Of a stretch of 64,000 nucleotides of DNA, positions 10,206-19,605 are shown one piece after another. The stretch spans positions 45,135 through 109,134 of the forward strand of contig JBIJAV010000007.1 of assembly GCA_044345595.1 (NCBI GenBank), written 5' to 3'. Numbering within the stretch: the first letter of the stretch is position 1; each line of letters starts with the position of its first letter. The notes below the pieces were generated by a model. That model saw only the letters and a list, made by a program, of their open reading frames with translations, had not been told where the DNA came from and searched no databases. Source of the stretch: Terrimicrobiaceae bacterium. Lineage in GTDB: Bacteria; Verrucomicrobiota; Verrucomicrobiia; Chthoniobacterales; Terrimicrobiaceae. A program made the translations under genes and the position numbers.

Positions 10206-10559
10206 TTAAGGCCGCTTGTAGCCGCGTTTTTCCGCCTCGCGTTTTTGTTGGATGCGGTGCTTGTCGTGTTCCTTTTTCTTGGTCTTGAGTTTGCTGATCT
10301 GGCGCGAAAGTTTGTCCACGACCTTGTCGATGGCCACATAGAGATCGGCTTCCGCGTCCTCGGCATGGATGTCCGGGCCGCTGAGTGCGAGGTGGACCTT
10401 CACGATGTAGGGCTTTTTACGGTCGTGGTTGTGAAGAAGAACGATGTGCGCAGCGAGGATCGTTTCACCGTGGCCTTCGAGGTGGCTGACTTTTTCCGCC
10501 ACAAATTCATGAATGGCGCCGGTGAGGGTGATGTTTCGCGGAGTGATGTGAATTTGCAT
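10206..10559 (-). CDS. hpf: Ribosome hibernation promoting factor (HPF/RaiA family)
   Basis: MQIHITPRNITLTGAIHEFVAEKV...VKVHL...AEDAEADLYVAIDKVVDKLSRQI. Confidence 0.85.
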   Translation of the reverse strand: MQIHITPRNITLTGAIHEFVAEKVSHLEGHGETILAAHIVLLHNHDRKKPYIVKVHLALSGPDIHAEDAEADLYVAIDKVVDKLSRQISKLKTKKKEHDKHRIQQKREAEKRGYKRP

Positions 10560-10628
10560 GGCCTACACTTTGCGGTTGGGAGCGGCTTCATTCCAGCAAA
10601 AATCCGCGCGGCGCTGGATTTCGCTCGG

Positions 10629-11588
10629 CTACATTTCGACGAGTTCGAGAATTTTCGAATAGCTTGCTTCCGTGTTCGCGCCTGGCTGCGCGGGGTCGAT
10701 CATGTCGTGCGGGATGCCGAGGGATTCGGGGAATTCGTAGGTGAGGACCTCCGCCTCCTTTCGGGCCTCAAACCGTGATGCAATCTCCTTTGTAAGCTGG
10801 TTGTTCGCGCCCCGGTCGCTGGCTGTGGTCAAAAAAATCAGCTTCTTTGCGAGGATCGGTCGCGTGTCGAGATGTGCGCGCACATCCCGCGAAAGTTGAA
10901 TTGTGTCGGCCATGCAGTGGGTGCCGAATCGGGGATAGGCGTAGATCGGTCCTGGCAGGTTTTCTTTTTTCGAGGCATCCCACCACTGGTAGAAATTTGG
11001 CAACTTCGAAAGGGTCGCCGCTGCGGCATCAAGGACGGAGGGCTGGACTCCATACATGCCGAAAAACGGGGCGATGAGCATGACATCGTGGACACCTTCC
11101 CGGTTTTGAGCCATCCAACCCGCCGCTACGGCACTTCCCGAGAGGCCGATGAGTGTGATTCTGTCGCCGAGACCGCTCGCGATATCGAGTCCGGTGGCCG
11201 CCTGGTCGATCAGATCCTGCGCGGTTTGGTGTCCTTGGTCTTTGTTGAGCCTGTCTGCAAAACCCGCGAGCCGAGCCCGGGGCAGCACCACATTCGCTCC
11301 CTTGGAGTGAAGGATTTTGGCAAGCGGCACAAATTGCTCCGGACAGTTCGTGAGACCATGCATAAGCACGAAGACGCGGTCGGTCTTGTGTCCGTGGTGC
11401 AGAAGGCGGCTGGCGCCCTCGGGCCGCAAAGGCATCGTCGACTCGTCACTGCGGAGGGTTTCAAATTTTGCCAAGGCCTCGTCAAACGACGCCGCCGGGC
11501 GGGGTGTCGATTGGAAGACGGGAATTTGCGACATGGCTACTACAACGATGACCAGAATAGGCAGTCCGAAAAGGGCGGTTTTTTTCAT
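10629..11588 (-). CDS. Alpha/beta-fold hydrolase, exported or membrane-anchored
   Basis: N-terminal MKKTALFGLPILVIVVVAMS, an HG oxyanion motif (VLMHGLT) and a GxSxG nucleophile elbow (GLSGSA). The ATG at 11588 overlaps the lgt stop (ATGA). Confidence 0.7.
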   Translation of the reverse strand: MKKTALFGLPILVIVVVAMSQIPVFQSTPRPAASFDEALAKFETLRSDESTMPLRPEGASRLLHHGHKTDRVFVLMHGLTNCPEQFVPLAKILHSKGANVVLPRARLAGFADRLNKDQGHQTAQDLIDQAATGLDIASGLGDRITLIGLSGSAVAAGWMAQNREGVHDVMLIAPFFGMYGVQPSVLDAAAATLSKLPNFYQWWDASKKENLPGPIYAYPRFGTHCMADTIQLSRDVRAHLDTRPILAKKLIFLTTASDRGANNQLTKEIASRFEARKEAEVLTYEFPESLGIPHDMIDPAQPGANTEASYSKILELVEM

Positions 11589-12571
11589 GCGCGGAATTTC
11601 GGTGCCCAAGTCGGCCGGATTCTCGCGGCAACGAGGAATGCCGCGCCGATCAAAATCAAAAATACGGAGAGGAATTGTCCACGCGTCAGCATGAGCGTGA
11701 GCGGGGCATCGGGTTCCCTGAAAAACTCGCCAGCAATTCGCAAGAGCGCGTAGGCGATGAAAAACACACCCGTCAGAATGCCATCAGGTAGGCGAAAGCG
11801 TGTTCTCATGATCCAAAGAATGGCAAACAGCACCGCACCCTCGAGAAGGGCCTCGTAAATTTGCGAGGGATGTCGCGGCGTGAGGACTTTGCCCAGAAGA
11901 TCGTGCAAGGCCGGTGATGCCCCCGCATTTTCCACAACAGCAGGGATGTTGGTGAAAGAGGGATCGATTTGTGAGGCCTCAAGCAAGACCTCGCGCGCCG
12001 TCTCCGGCGGGGCATCGTAGAGTTCCTTTGGAAATTGAACCGCCCATGGCACCGATGTCGCCCGCCCGTAGAGTTCGCCATTGATGAAATTCGCGCACCG
12101 TCCGAGGAAAAGGCCAACCGGTGCCGCAACGACCGTGTTGTCGCCAATATTCAGCCATGGAATTTTTTTTCGCCGCGAGTAAATCCAAGTGAAAACAACG
12201 ATGCCCAGAATGCCGCCGTGGCTCGACATGCCGCCGTCCCAGAATTTGAAAAACACCAGCGGATTGGCGATGAAGTTTTGCCAGTCATAAAAGAGCATAT
12301 AGCCGAGCCGACCACCCAGAATGACCCCGAAAAGCGCCGTGCCAGTGATGAAGTCCCCGATATCCCGCGCTGGAATATCGCTGTATCCCCGTCGTGCGAG
12401 ATGCAGGTAAATGCCATACGCCGAGGCAAACGCCAGCACATAGGCAAGACCATACCAACGAAGACCAAACCCCTCGCTGAATTGAATCAAAAACGGACTG
12501 AGATCGTGAATGTAGTAGGCAAGCACAGGGACGCATTCTTGCCGCGCACATCCAGTGAGGCAAGCGCCCAC
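11585..12571 (-). CDS. lgt: Prolipoprotein diacylglyceryl transferase
   Basis: GLRWYGLAYVLAF...GGRLGYMLFY...GGMSSHGGILG...GRCANFINGELYGR. The start codon is uncertain (GTG candidates). Confidence 0.85.
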   Translation of the reverse strand: MGACLTGCARQECVPVLAYYIHDLSPFLIQFSEGFGLRWYGLAYVLAFASAYGIYLHLARRGYSDIPARDIGDFITGTALFGVILGGRLGYMLFYDWQNFIANPLVFFKFWDGGMSSHGGILGIVVFTWIYSRRKKIPWLNIGDNTVVAAPVGLFLGRCANFINGELYGRATSVPWAVQFPKELYDAPPETAREVLLEASQIDPSFTNIPAVVENAGASPALHDLLGKVLTPRHPSQIYEALLEGAVLFAILWIMRTRFRLPDGILTGVFFIAYALLRIAGEFFREPDAPLTLMLTRGQFLSVFLILIGAAFLVAARIRPTWAPKFRA

Positions 12572-12591
12572 AGCTTCAAGACAAAGTGGGA

Positions 12592-13650
12592 CTAAACGCG
12601 CTCAAATGAAAACGCATAGACCGTAGTATGGTCGTAGCGTTCGCCGGGGCGGAGAATAATGTCGCCGAGTGCGGGCGTGTGGACGGCGCCGGGGCAGCCT
12701 TGGCATTCGAGGCACAGGCCAGCGTGTTTGATGTAGGGGATGCCGGATTTTCCGACGAGCGTGCCATCAAGGATCGCTGCGCTGTAGATCTGCACGGTGT
12801 CCTGCGTGGTGAGGGTGGTCATGGTGAGACCACTGGCGGGATGCTTTAAAACAGCGGTTCGCGTGAGTTCGCCTTTGCTGGAACGCCGGATGAAATGGTT
12901 GTCGCCATGGTTATTTAAAAGCACGGGAATTGCGTCGCCCAGGCGGCGGGGTTCGTTGAAATCATTCGCCTCCGGGGTCACTGGCGCGCGGTGGCCGAGC
13001 AGCGTCATCGATGCGTCGGTGGCGGCGATTTCATCCGAGAAAACTTGCAGCTCATGATCGAAAATGTCGCCGCTGCCTTCGCCGGCGAGATTGAAATACG
13101 AGTGGTTCGTGAGGCTCAGCGGCGTGGCTTGATCGGTCTTGGCTTCGTAGCGGATGACGAGTTCGTTTTTTTGAGTAACCGCATAAGTCACCGTCACTCG
13201 CACATTGCCGGGATAGCCTTCTTCGCCATCCGGGCTCAGATAACTCAGGCGCAGGCTGGCTTCCTCAGCATTTGCAGCAGCCTCGGCTTGCCAGAGTTGC
13301 TTGTCGAATCCCTTGAGGCCGCCGTGGAGGTGGTTCGGGGCGTCATTTGCGGCGAGCGGGTATTCGCGGCCGTCGAGCAGGAATTTCGCGCCGCTGATGC
13401 GCCCCGCGACCCGGCCGACGAGCGTTCCAAAAAACGGATGCGGGCCGAGATAGTCTTCGAGTTTGTTGAATCCCAGCACGACATCGGCCACGGACTCATC
13501 AGGGCGCGTGACGCGAATGGCGGTGACAATGCCGCCGTAGTTGGCGATGTCGCAAGCGAGCCCGCGTCCATTCGAGAGGGTGAACAAATCGGCCTGGCGT
13601 GCATCGGGCAGATGGCCGAAGGGGCGGTGGGTTATGGTGCAGGGAGACAT
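12592..13650 (-). CDS. galM: Aldose 1-epimerase (galactose mutarotase)
   Basis: NYGGIVTAIRV...GRVAGRISGAKFLLDGREYPLAANDAPNHLHGG...LTNHSYFNL. Confidence 0.85.
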   Translation of the reverse strand: MSPCTITHRPFGHLPDARQADLFTLSNGRGLACDIANYGGIVTAIRVTRPDESVADVVLGFNKLEDYLGPHPFFGTLVGRVAGRISGAKFLLDGREYPLAANDAPNHLHGGLKGFDKQLWQAEAAANAEEASLRLSYLSPDGEEGYPGNVRVTVTYAVTQKNELVIRYEAKTDQATPLSLTNHSYFNLAGEGSGDIFDHELQVFSDEIAATDASMTLLGHRAPVTPEANDFNEPRRLGDAIPVLLNNHGDNHFIRRSSKGELTRTAVLKHPASGLTMTTLTTQDTVQIYSAAILDGTLVGKSGIPYIKHAGLCLECQGCPGAVHTPALGDIILRPGERYDHTTVYAFSFERV

Positions 13651-13667
13651 AATCGAGGGGTAAGATT

Positions 13668-13683
13668 ACAGAATTAACAGAAT
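13668..13683 (-). promoter_or_regulatory. ATTCTGTTAATTCTGT direct-repeat motif upstream of galM
   Basis: In gene orientation, ATTCTGT-TA-ATTCTGT ends 17 nt before the galM ATG. Near-identical copies are at 15534-15549 and 55681-55696. Confidence 0.35.
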
Positions 13684-13696
13684 TTCAAAATTAACG

Positions 13697-13730
13697 AAAA
13701 AGGTCGCCGAGTTCTTCGGCGACCTTTTTG
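13697..13730 (-). terminator. Rho-independent terminator (bidirectional shape)
   Basis: A 10-bp GC-rich stem (AGGTCGCCGA / TCGGCGACCT) with a 5-nt loop, flanked by an A-run and a T-run. It lies 32 nt downstream of the stop of gene 13762-14619. Confidence 0.65.
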
Positions 13731-13761
13731 ACGCATTTTCTCAGGCCAGCCGCCTTGGGGA

Positions 13762-14619
13762 TTATTTTTTGGCTGGGAGAGCGGAGGCTTTCCAGGCTTT
13801 TTCAATGAGGCCTTTGAGCACGATGGCTTCCTCCCAGCTATTGGGCAGGCTGTGGAGGTTGTAGCCGCCAGCGATGGGGCCCATTTCGGGAACGACGAAG
13901 AGTTCGCGTCCGTCTTGTTTGCCTTGGCGCCAGACTCGGAAGAGGGCCTCGGCGAAAGGAACCCAATCCTTGATCTCCAGTGTGAGCTTGCCTTTTCCGT
14001 CCGTGACGGGAATCTGGCAATGGTGGCCGTTGAAAGGGCGGAGGTGGATTTGCTCCACGCGCTGGATGAGTTTGGGCTGAATCAGCAGACGCGAGGCGTA
14101 GTTGCCGGGGTGCAAATGCTTCACGACGGAGACATGGGAGTAATCCAGCGTCATGGGCAGGAGTTTGCCTGTCTCTTTGCGGTAGGCATCCGCAAGGGCG
14201 TAGGCTTTTTCAGGGGTCTCGGTGCATGTGTCGCGATGGATTTCCACAGCGGGCTCGCAGCCGATTTTCTCGCCATCCTTCATGAGTTGCAGCGTGAGCT
14301 TGAGGGCCTCGGGTGTGAGGGTGTCCTCATCGGCCAACTGCACATTGATGTAATGCGCGCCGTTGTCGGCGTTGTCTTTGAGAAGTTTGTGGAATTCCTT
14401 GGGGTTGCCCGAGGAGACATAACCAATGATGACGAGACCGTATTTGTCAGCCAGTTTTTTGAGCTCAGGTGTGGCTGCGGTTGCGAAGCCGTCAAAGCCG
14501 GCCTCCTTGATGGCGCGGACTTTTCTTTCCAAGGACCATTCGCTTTTGGCGCTTGGGTATTGGACGAGCGACCACATGGCCGCGATCATCCGAAGTTTGG
14601 GTGGGTTTTCTTTTTTCAC
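13762..14619 (-). CDS. Sugar phosphate isomerase/epimerase (xylose-isomerase-like TIM barrel)
   Basis: AVEIHRDTCTETPEKA...LDYSHVSVVKHL...RPFNGHHCQIPVTDGKG. Paralog of 26164-27012. Confidence 0.65.
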   Translation of the reverse strand: MKKENPPKLRMIAAMWSLVQYPSAKSEWSLERKVRAIKEAGFDGFATAATPELKKLADKYGLVIIGYVSSGNPKEFHKLLKDNADNGAHYINVQLADEDTLTPEALKLTLQLMKDGEKIGCEPAVEIHRDTCTETPEKAYALADAYRKETGKLLPMTLDYSHVSVVKHLHPGNYASRLLIQPKLIQRVEQIHLRPFNGHHCQIPVTDGKGKLTLEIKDWVPFAEALFRVWRQGKQDGRELFVVPEMGPIAGGYNLHSLPNSWEEAIVLKGLIEKAWKASALPAKK

Positions 14620-15506
14620 TTGTTTTTGCCCCGGTTGGGGAAAGTGAGTTCGGCGATGCCGGACTTGTCGAGGTCGCCGAAACCTTCAGCCACCATGCGG
14701 TCGTATTGCTTCTTGGTTGCCTCGGCGAGAGGGAGGTTGAGGCCCTTCTCATGAGCGAGAGAGAGGGCGATGCCGCTGTCCTTGGCCGCGTGGGCTCCTG
14801 AGAAGAAGCAGGAGTGGTCGCGGTTCTGCATATCCTCGCCATCGGTTTTGAGAACCTGCGAGTTTGCTCCGGTCTGCGAAAAAACCTCGCGCAGCATCGT
14901 GAGATCAAGCCCGAGGGATGCTCCGAGCCCCAGCCCTTCGGCGAGTCCGGCGGTATTGATATTCATCACCATGTTGACGAGCGCCTTCACTTGAGCGGCC
15001 TTGCCCGAGGCGCCGATGTGGCGCAGGGAAATGCTGAGGTCTTTGAGGATCGGCTCGGCGCGCTGGAAGGCCGCGTCGGTGCCTCCGGTCATGAGATACA
15101 GGGTTCCTTCGCGGGCTTGGGTGATGCTTGATGCCATGCAGGCTTCGAGAGACTCGGCACCGGCCTTGTGTGCGAGCGCCTCGACATCGAGGTGAACCTG
15201 CGGTGAGACAGTGGCGCAGTTGATGAAGAGTTTGCCTTTGGCACCAACGAGCAGGCTGTCGCCCTGTTCGGTGAAAATCGCCCGCATGGCCTTGTCGTCG
15301 GTCACGACCGTGATGATCACGCTGGCGAGTTCATTTACGCGGGCCAGTGTTTTCGCGGCCTCGGCTCCGATCTCGGCGCCCAGCTCCACAGCGAGCGGAG
15401 CGTGGTTGTCGAACACGGCGGTGACATTGTATCCTTGATCTTTGAGTCGGCGCGCCATGTTGGCGCCCATACGACCGACTCCTACGAATGCGATGGTTTC
15501 TTTCAT
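14616..15506 (-). CDS. NAD(P)-dependent oxidoreductase, 3-hydroxyisobutyrate/6-phosphogluconate dehydrogenase family
   Basis: Rossmann N-terminus IAFVGVGRMGANMARRL, then ...NCATVSP...MTGG. Its stop overlaps the next gene's ATG (ATGA). Confidence 0.8.
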   Translation of the reverse strand: MKETIAFVGVGRMGANMARRLKDQGYNVTAVFDNHAPLAVELGAEIGAEAAKTLARVNELASVIITVVTDDKAMRAIFTEQGDSLLVGAKGKLFINCATVSPQVHLDVEALAHKAGAESLEACMASSITQAREGTLYLMTGGTDAAFQRAEPILKDLSISLRHIGASGKAAQVKALVNMVMNINTAGLAEGLGLGASLGLDLTMLREVFSQTGANSQVLKTDGEDMQNRDHSCFFSGAHAAKDSGIALSLAHEKGLNLPLAEATKKQYDRMVAEGFGDLDKSGIAELTFPNRGKNK

Positions 15507-15533
15507 AAATTTTTAATCTTAAGAGGATTTTTA

Positions 15534-15549
15534 GACAGAATTAACAGAA
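15534..15549 (-). promoter_or_regulatory. ATTCTGTTAATTCTGT motif upstream of the dehydrogenase gene
   Basis: Exact 16-mer shared with 13668-13683. In gene orientation it ends 27 nt before the ATG at 15506. Confidence 0.35.
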
Positions 15550-15669
15550 TTGAAAAAGTAATTTGATTGGTTCTGGAAAAAGAAAAAAGACCATTTCAGA
15601 ATTCATTAAATTGACTGCAAAAGCATTCCGTTAATTTTTTAACTCTGTCAAAAACTTGGTCTGTTGCTT

Positions 15670-16518
15670 TTACGCGGCAAAAAAGGGATTGGCGTGTTTT
15701 TGTTCGCCGACGGTGGTGAGGGGACCGTGGCCGGAGCAAACAATTGTGGCGTCGGGGAGCGTGAGAATTTGTTCACGGTTGTTGCGCAGAGCATCGGCGT
15801 AGGAGACCATGCCTCCGCCCATGGAACCTGCGAACATCGAGTCTCCGACGATTGCGACAGGTTTTGCGAGACCTTGGATGAAATAAGTCACGCCGCCCGC
15901 CGCGTGTCCGCTCGTGAGGCGGGTTTCAACGGTCAGGTTGCCAATTTGAAAACCTCTGCCTGCGGAAAATGGCTCCGCTCCGGCAATCGGTTCCTTCTCG
16001 CAAACCCAAGCATGCGCGCCTGTCTTTTCGACCAAGCGATCCAAATCAAAAATATGGTCGGTGTGGATGTGGGTGATGAAAATTTGTTTCACCTGCAGCC
16101 CGTGACTCGCGGCAAAATCAAGCATCGGCTGGCCATCCGCCCCGGTGTCAAAAAATGCCGCCTCTTTCGTCGAGGGATCCCAAACGAGAAACGAATTCAC
16201 CGTCATGTCCTCGAACACGGAATTGAAGTGCGCGAGGCCATCGATGTCCTCAACGGGAGCGGGTGCGTATCGGCTTTGTGCCAGCGCCAAAAGCGCATTG
16301 GCACCCAGACCGAGAACGGAAGCCACTTTGTGTAGGGCGGCCTCATTCAATGTGCCGGCTTTGAGATTTTCGATCTCTGAAACCGTCGCCCCCGACTTCG
16401 CTGAGAGCGCCTCGTCGGTGAGGGATTGCCCGCGCTGGGCTTTTCCAATGATGTCACTAAAACTGTCTTCCAATGGTATGCTGATCGGCATGATTTTTTG
16501 TCTTTCTGAGGCTGACAC
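15670..16518 (-). CDS. MBL-fold metallo-hydrolase with an N-terminal HTH-like segment
   Basis: HxHxDH motif (THIHTDHIFD), then later GHAAG...GDSMF...GHG. The N-terminal ~70 aa resemble an XRE-type HTH (LTDEALSAKSGATVSEIENLKAG). The start is either GTG 16518 or ATG 16491. Confidence 0.7.
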   Translation of the reverse strand: MSASERQKIMPISIPLEDSFSDIIGKAQRGQSLTDEALSAKSGATVSEIENLKAGTLNEAALHKVASVLGLGANALLALAQSRYAPAPVEDIDGLAHFNSVFEDMTVNSFLVWDPSTKEAAFFDTGADGQPMLDFAASHGLQVKQIFITHIHTDHIFDLDRLVEKTGAHAWVCEKEPIAGAEPFSAGRGFQIGNLTVETRLTSGHAAGGVTYFIQGLAKPVAIVGDSMFAGSMGGGMVSYADALRNNREQILTLPDATIVCSGHGPLTTVGEQKHANPFFAA

Positions 16519-16575
16519 ACCTATCAGCCGAGGATTTTTTGTAAACTTCCAAGCAAGTTAGAAAACGGGCGATTC

Positions 16576-17835
16576 CTAACCTCCAACGCGGTGGGTGTGG
16601 CTGTAGAATGTGGCTCGGTTGTTGCGGCAGAAGCCCGCCAAAGTGATGCCCCAGCGTTCGCTCATCTCCACGGCCAGAGAGGAGGGGGCGGAGATGGCTG
16701 ATAGAATGGGAATTCCTGCGCGGGCGCATTTTTGAACGATCTCAAAGGAGAGGCGACCGCTGACGGTGAGGACATCCGCGAGTGGGAGCAGGTTGTTTTC
16801 GAGCAGGAATCCGATGACTTTGTCCACCGCGTTGTGGCGTCCGATATCTTCAAAAATGCACAACACATCGCCGCTGGCTGTTGCGGCGCTGGCGGCGTGA
16901 CAACCTCCGGTGCCATCGAATTGGCTTTGTCTGCGGCGTGCGTTTTCGTGGATGGTTTTTAGGGCGGAGGCGTTGATTGATGCGGGTTTGGAGACCGGCG
17001 TCACGCCCTCAAACATTTTCTCCATCGATTCCTTGCCGCAGAGTCCGCAGGAGGATGTGGAGGCGAGACGGCGGTTGGCCGGAGCCATGGCTGAGCCGGT
17101 CAGATCGACTCTGGCAAAGGTTCCAAGAGGCGTCTCCTCCTGTTCATAATTGATGAAGGGCGCATCGTTCACCGCTTCGGAATGGAGGAGGCCGCGAACG
17201 AGGAACCGCTCGGCTCCAGGCGTCTGCATCGTCATGGAAAACAGCGAGCCATTGACCATGATCTGCAATGGTCGCTCGACGGTGAGGCTGTCCACCACGG
17301 GCGAAATTTGGTCGTCCTCTTGGCGAATCGCTTGGAATTTGCGGGTATGTGAATCAATGGGCTCAAGCTCAGCCTCGCCGCATGCGATGGCTCCGTCCTC
17401 AAGAATCCGACAACGCAAACCGCCGCGCCCAACAAGAAAAGCATTGGCTCCGGGTGCCACGGCTTCATCCATCCAGTAGCAGGGTTTGCATTCTTCGACT
17501 CCTTCAAAGACGACGCTCCCGATGCGAAACTGGCGTCCGATGAGGCTGTTCAAATCAACGCCCGAGATGAGGACATTTCGCCGCAGAGTGGAGCAATCGA
17601 GTGATGTTAGGCCGAGGGCGTCGCACATTTCCGAAACCACCTCGCGCGAGAGGAATGTGATCTGGGTTTTTCCGCCGGGTAGTTCATCGTAGTAGCGGTC
17701 TCCGACGATGCCCTTTCCCGCATGGCATTCGGCTGTGTCGACGCGGAGGATCTCGTTATTTTGGCGGCCTTGGCCGTGGCGGCCTTTGAAATCATGTCCG
17801 CTGGAGATCCAGATATCGTGAAGTGTGACGCGCAT
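16576..17835 (-). CDS. fdhD: MOSC domain fused to the formate dehydrogenase accessory sulfurtransferase FdhD
   Basis: The N-terminal half is MOSC-like (GKGIVGDRYY...LRRNVLISGVDLNSLIGRQFRIG...ECKPCYWM). The C-terminal half is FdhD-like (ERPLQIMVNG...SSCGLCGKES...EDIGRHNAVDKVIG...VSGRLSFEIVQKCARAGIP). The ATG was chosen at 17835. Confidence 0.8.
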   Translation of the reverse strand: MRVTLHDIWISSGHDFKGRHGQGRQNNEILRVDTAECHAGKGIVGDRYYDELPGGKTQITFLSREVVSEMCDALGLTSLDCSTLRRNVLISGVDLNSLIGRQFRIGSVVFEGVEECKPCYWMDEAVAPGANAFLVGRGGLRCRILEDGAIACGEAELEPIDSHTRKFQAIRQEDDQISPVVDSLTVERPLQIMVNGSLFSMTMQTPGAERFLVRGLLHSEAVNDAPFINYEQEETPLGTFARVDLTGSAMAPANRRLASTSSCGLCGKESMEKMFEGVTPVSKPASINASALKTIHENARRRQSQFDGTGGCHAASAATASGDVLCIFEDIGRHNAVDKVIGFLLENNLLPLADVLTVSGRLSFEIVQKCARAGIPILSAISAPSSLAVEMSERWGITLAGFCRNNRATFYSHTHRVGG

Positions 17836-17845
17836 GGTTGTCGTT

Positions 17846-18274
17846 TCAATGGGGGAAGGCGCAGCGGCATCCCTCGATCCATTCGCCGTGGCCATCGGTG
17901 TAGGTTTCGCGTTTCCAGATGGGAACGCGGAGCTTGATGGCATCGATCAATTCCCGGCAGGCCGCAAAGGCTTCTTCGCGGTGGGCGGCGGCGGCCCCGA
18001 CCCAAACAGCGAGATCGCCCGGCTTCAGGTCGCCAATCGCGTGGATTGCGGCAGCACTGACGCCGAACTTGCGGGAAACTTCTTCAACAAGGCGTCGGCC
18101 CTCTTTTTGTGCCAATTCCAAATACGCCTCGTAATGCAGTTCCACGACATCGCGGCCTTCGTGATGGTTTCGCACACGGCCCTCGAAAAAAACAAATCCC
18201 CCGCAATCCGGCGATGTGAGCGATTCGCGCAGGGACTCGAAGTCGATGGGGTGGGATTCGATGAGAAACGACAT
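17846..18274 (-). CDS. moaE: Molybdopterin synthase catalytic subunit
   Basis: GGFVFFEGRVRNHHEGRDVVELHYEAY...HREEAFAACRELIDAIKLRVPIWKRE. Confidence 0.85.
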   Translation of the reverse strand: MSFLIESHPIDFESLRESLTSPDCGGFVFFEGRVRNHHEGRDVVELHYEAYLELAQKEGRRLVEEVSRKFGVSAAAIHAIGDLKPGDLAVWVGAAAAHREEAFAACRELIDAIKLRVPIWKRETYTDGHGEWIEGCRCAFPH

Positions 18275-18277
18275 GAA

Positions 18278-19105
18278 TCAACCTCCCGAAAACGGCCTGA
18301 GAAAAACCACCTTGTCGCCCGTGCGAAGGGCGTGGTCGTGTTGTGCGAACTCGTCATTCACAGCGATCCGCACATGGCCGCGAAGACCTGAAAGATTGTG
18401 GGTGTTGGCAAACTCTTCCAAAAAAGCGCCTGCTGTTTGCGCAGTGGTGACGACGGTTTCCTCGCGGCAGCCACGCTCTTCGGCAAGCGCGCCGAACCAG
18501 CCAATGTGGATTTGCTTTTCTCCCGTCGCGGCGGCGATGTCTTCGAGAGTGTTCATGTTCTCGAGGGCTCGGCGGCAGGATGGCGGCAACTCCAGAAGCA
18601 TCGCGCGTTCTTCGATCATGATGTGGCGAGGGCAGAGGTGATTTCGCTCTGCGTGCCTTTGCAGAATGGCTCGGGCACTTGGTTCGTAAATCGCGCAGAG
18701 CGGTTCGGGCAATCCATCCGTTGCGCTGGCGTAGGCGATGAATGAGGTTCCATCCGTCCGCGCATCGACGAGTTTGGTGAGAACTTCCGGGGTTACGAAA
18801 GGCAGGTCGCAAGCCATGACCAGCAAAGCGGCATCGGGTTCCTGCTTGAAGGCTGCAAGGATGCCAGCCAGCGGACCGGACAACTCCGGATTGTCGCGCA
18901 CGACTTCGAGATGCTCGCAACCATCGGGAGCCGTCTGTCGGTCACGCAGAGAGAGGAAGACTTTTTGACAAAACGGCGAAAGCTCCTGAACTGCCCGCTG
19001 GCCTTGATTCAAGCCATCCGTGCCAATGACCATCGAGGCCTTGTCGCGCCCCATGCGGGTGCTGCGCCCTCCAGCCAGCAACAAGCCAAAAAGCGGAGGC
19101 TTCAT
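18278..19105 (-). CDS. mobA: Molybdenum cofactor guanylyltransferase MobA fused to the MoaD sulfur-carrier domain
   Basis: The N-terminus LLLAGGRSTRMGRDKA...ACDLPF is MobA-like. The C-terminal ~80 aa (IHIGWFGALAEERG...NDEFAQHDHALRTGDKVVFLRPFSGG) is a ThiS/MoaD beta-grasp ending in GG. The ATG at 19105 overlaps the moaC stop (ATGA). Confidence 0.75.
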   Translation of the reverse strand: MKPPLFGLLLAGGRSTRMGRDKASMVIGTDGLNQGQRAVQELSPFCQKVFLSLRDRQTAPDGCEHLEVVRDNPELSGPLAGILAAFKQEPDAALLVMACDLPFVTPEVLTKLVDARTDGTSFIAYASATDGLPEPLCAIYEPSARAILQRHAERNHLCPRHIMIEERAMLLELPPSCRRALENMNTLEDIAAATGEKQIHIGWFGALAEERGCREETVVTTAQTAGAFLEEFANTHNLSGLRGHVRIAVNDEFAQHDHALRTGDKVVFLRPFSGG

Positions 19106-19605
19106 GCTTGGGGCTGGTAGTCGCTTTTGCCGCCATGTTTTTCGACGAGACGAACATTGCGAATTTCCATCGCATGCGAAAACACCTTGCACATGTCGTA
19201 AACGGTGAGTGCTGCCACGGTCGCTGCGGTGAGGGCCTCCATTTCAACGCCGGTTTTATAGGTCACCTTCGCCTCGGCTGTGATTTCAAGTAGCCCTCCG
19301 TTCAGCGCTTGAATGGAAATGTGGATGCCCTCGAGGGGGAGGGGATGGCAGAACGGAATGAGGTTCGAAGTATTCTTGGCTGCCATTGTGCCGGCGATGA
19401 TCGCCGTATGGAAAACAGGGCCTTTCGGAGCTTGAATCTCGCCGTCGATCAAGCGCGAGGCGACCTCGGGAGGTAGCCACATTTCAGCCAAGGCTGTCGC
19501 AGTCCGGACGCTGAATGCCTTGGTGGATACATCAACCATCGCGGGATTATTCGCCTCGTCCAGGTGGCTCCAATCGGCTTGTGGTTTGGTTTCCAACGAA
19601 TTCAT
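19102..19605 (-). CDS. moaC: Cyclic pyranopterin monophosphate synthase
   Basis: MVDVSTK...AIIAGTMAAKNTSNLIPFCHPLPL...GVEMEALTAATVAALTVYDMCK. The ATG at 19605 overlaps the moeA stop (ATGA). Confidence 0.9.
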   Translation of the reverse strand: MNSLETKPQADWSHLDEANNPAMVDVSTKAFSVRTATALAEMWLPPEVASRLIDGEIQAPKGPVFHTAIIAGTMAAKNTSNLIPFCHPLPLEGIHISIQALNGGLLEITAEAKVTYKTGVEMEALTAATVAALTVYDMCKVFSHAMEIRNVRLVEKHGGKSDYQPQA

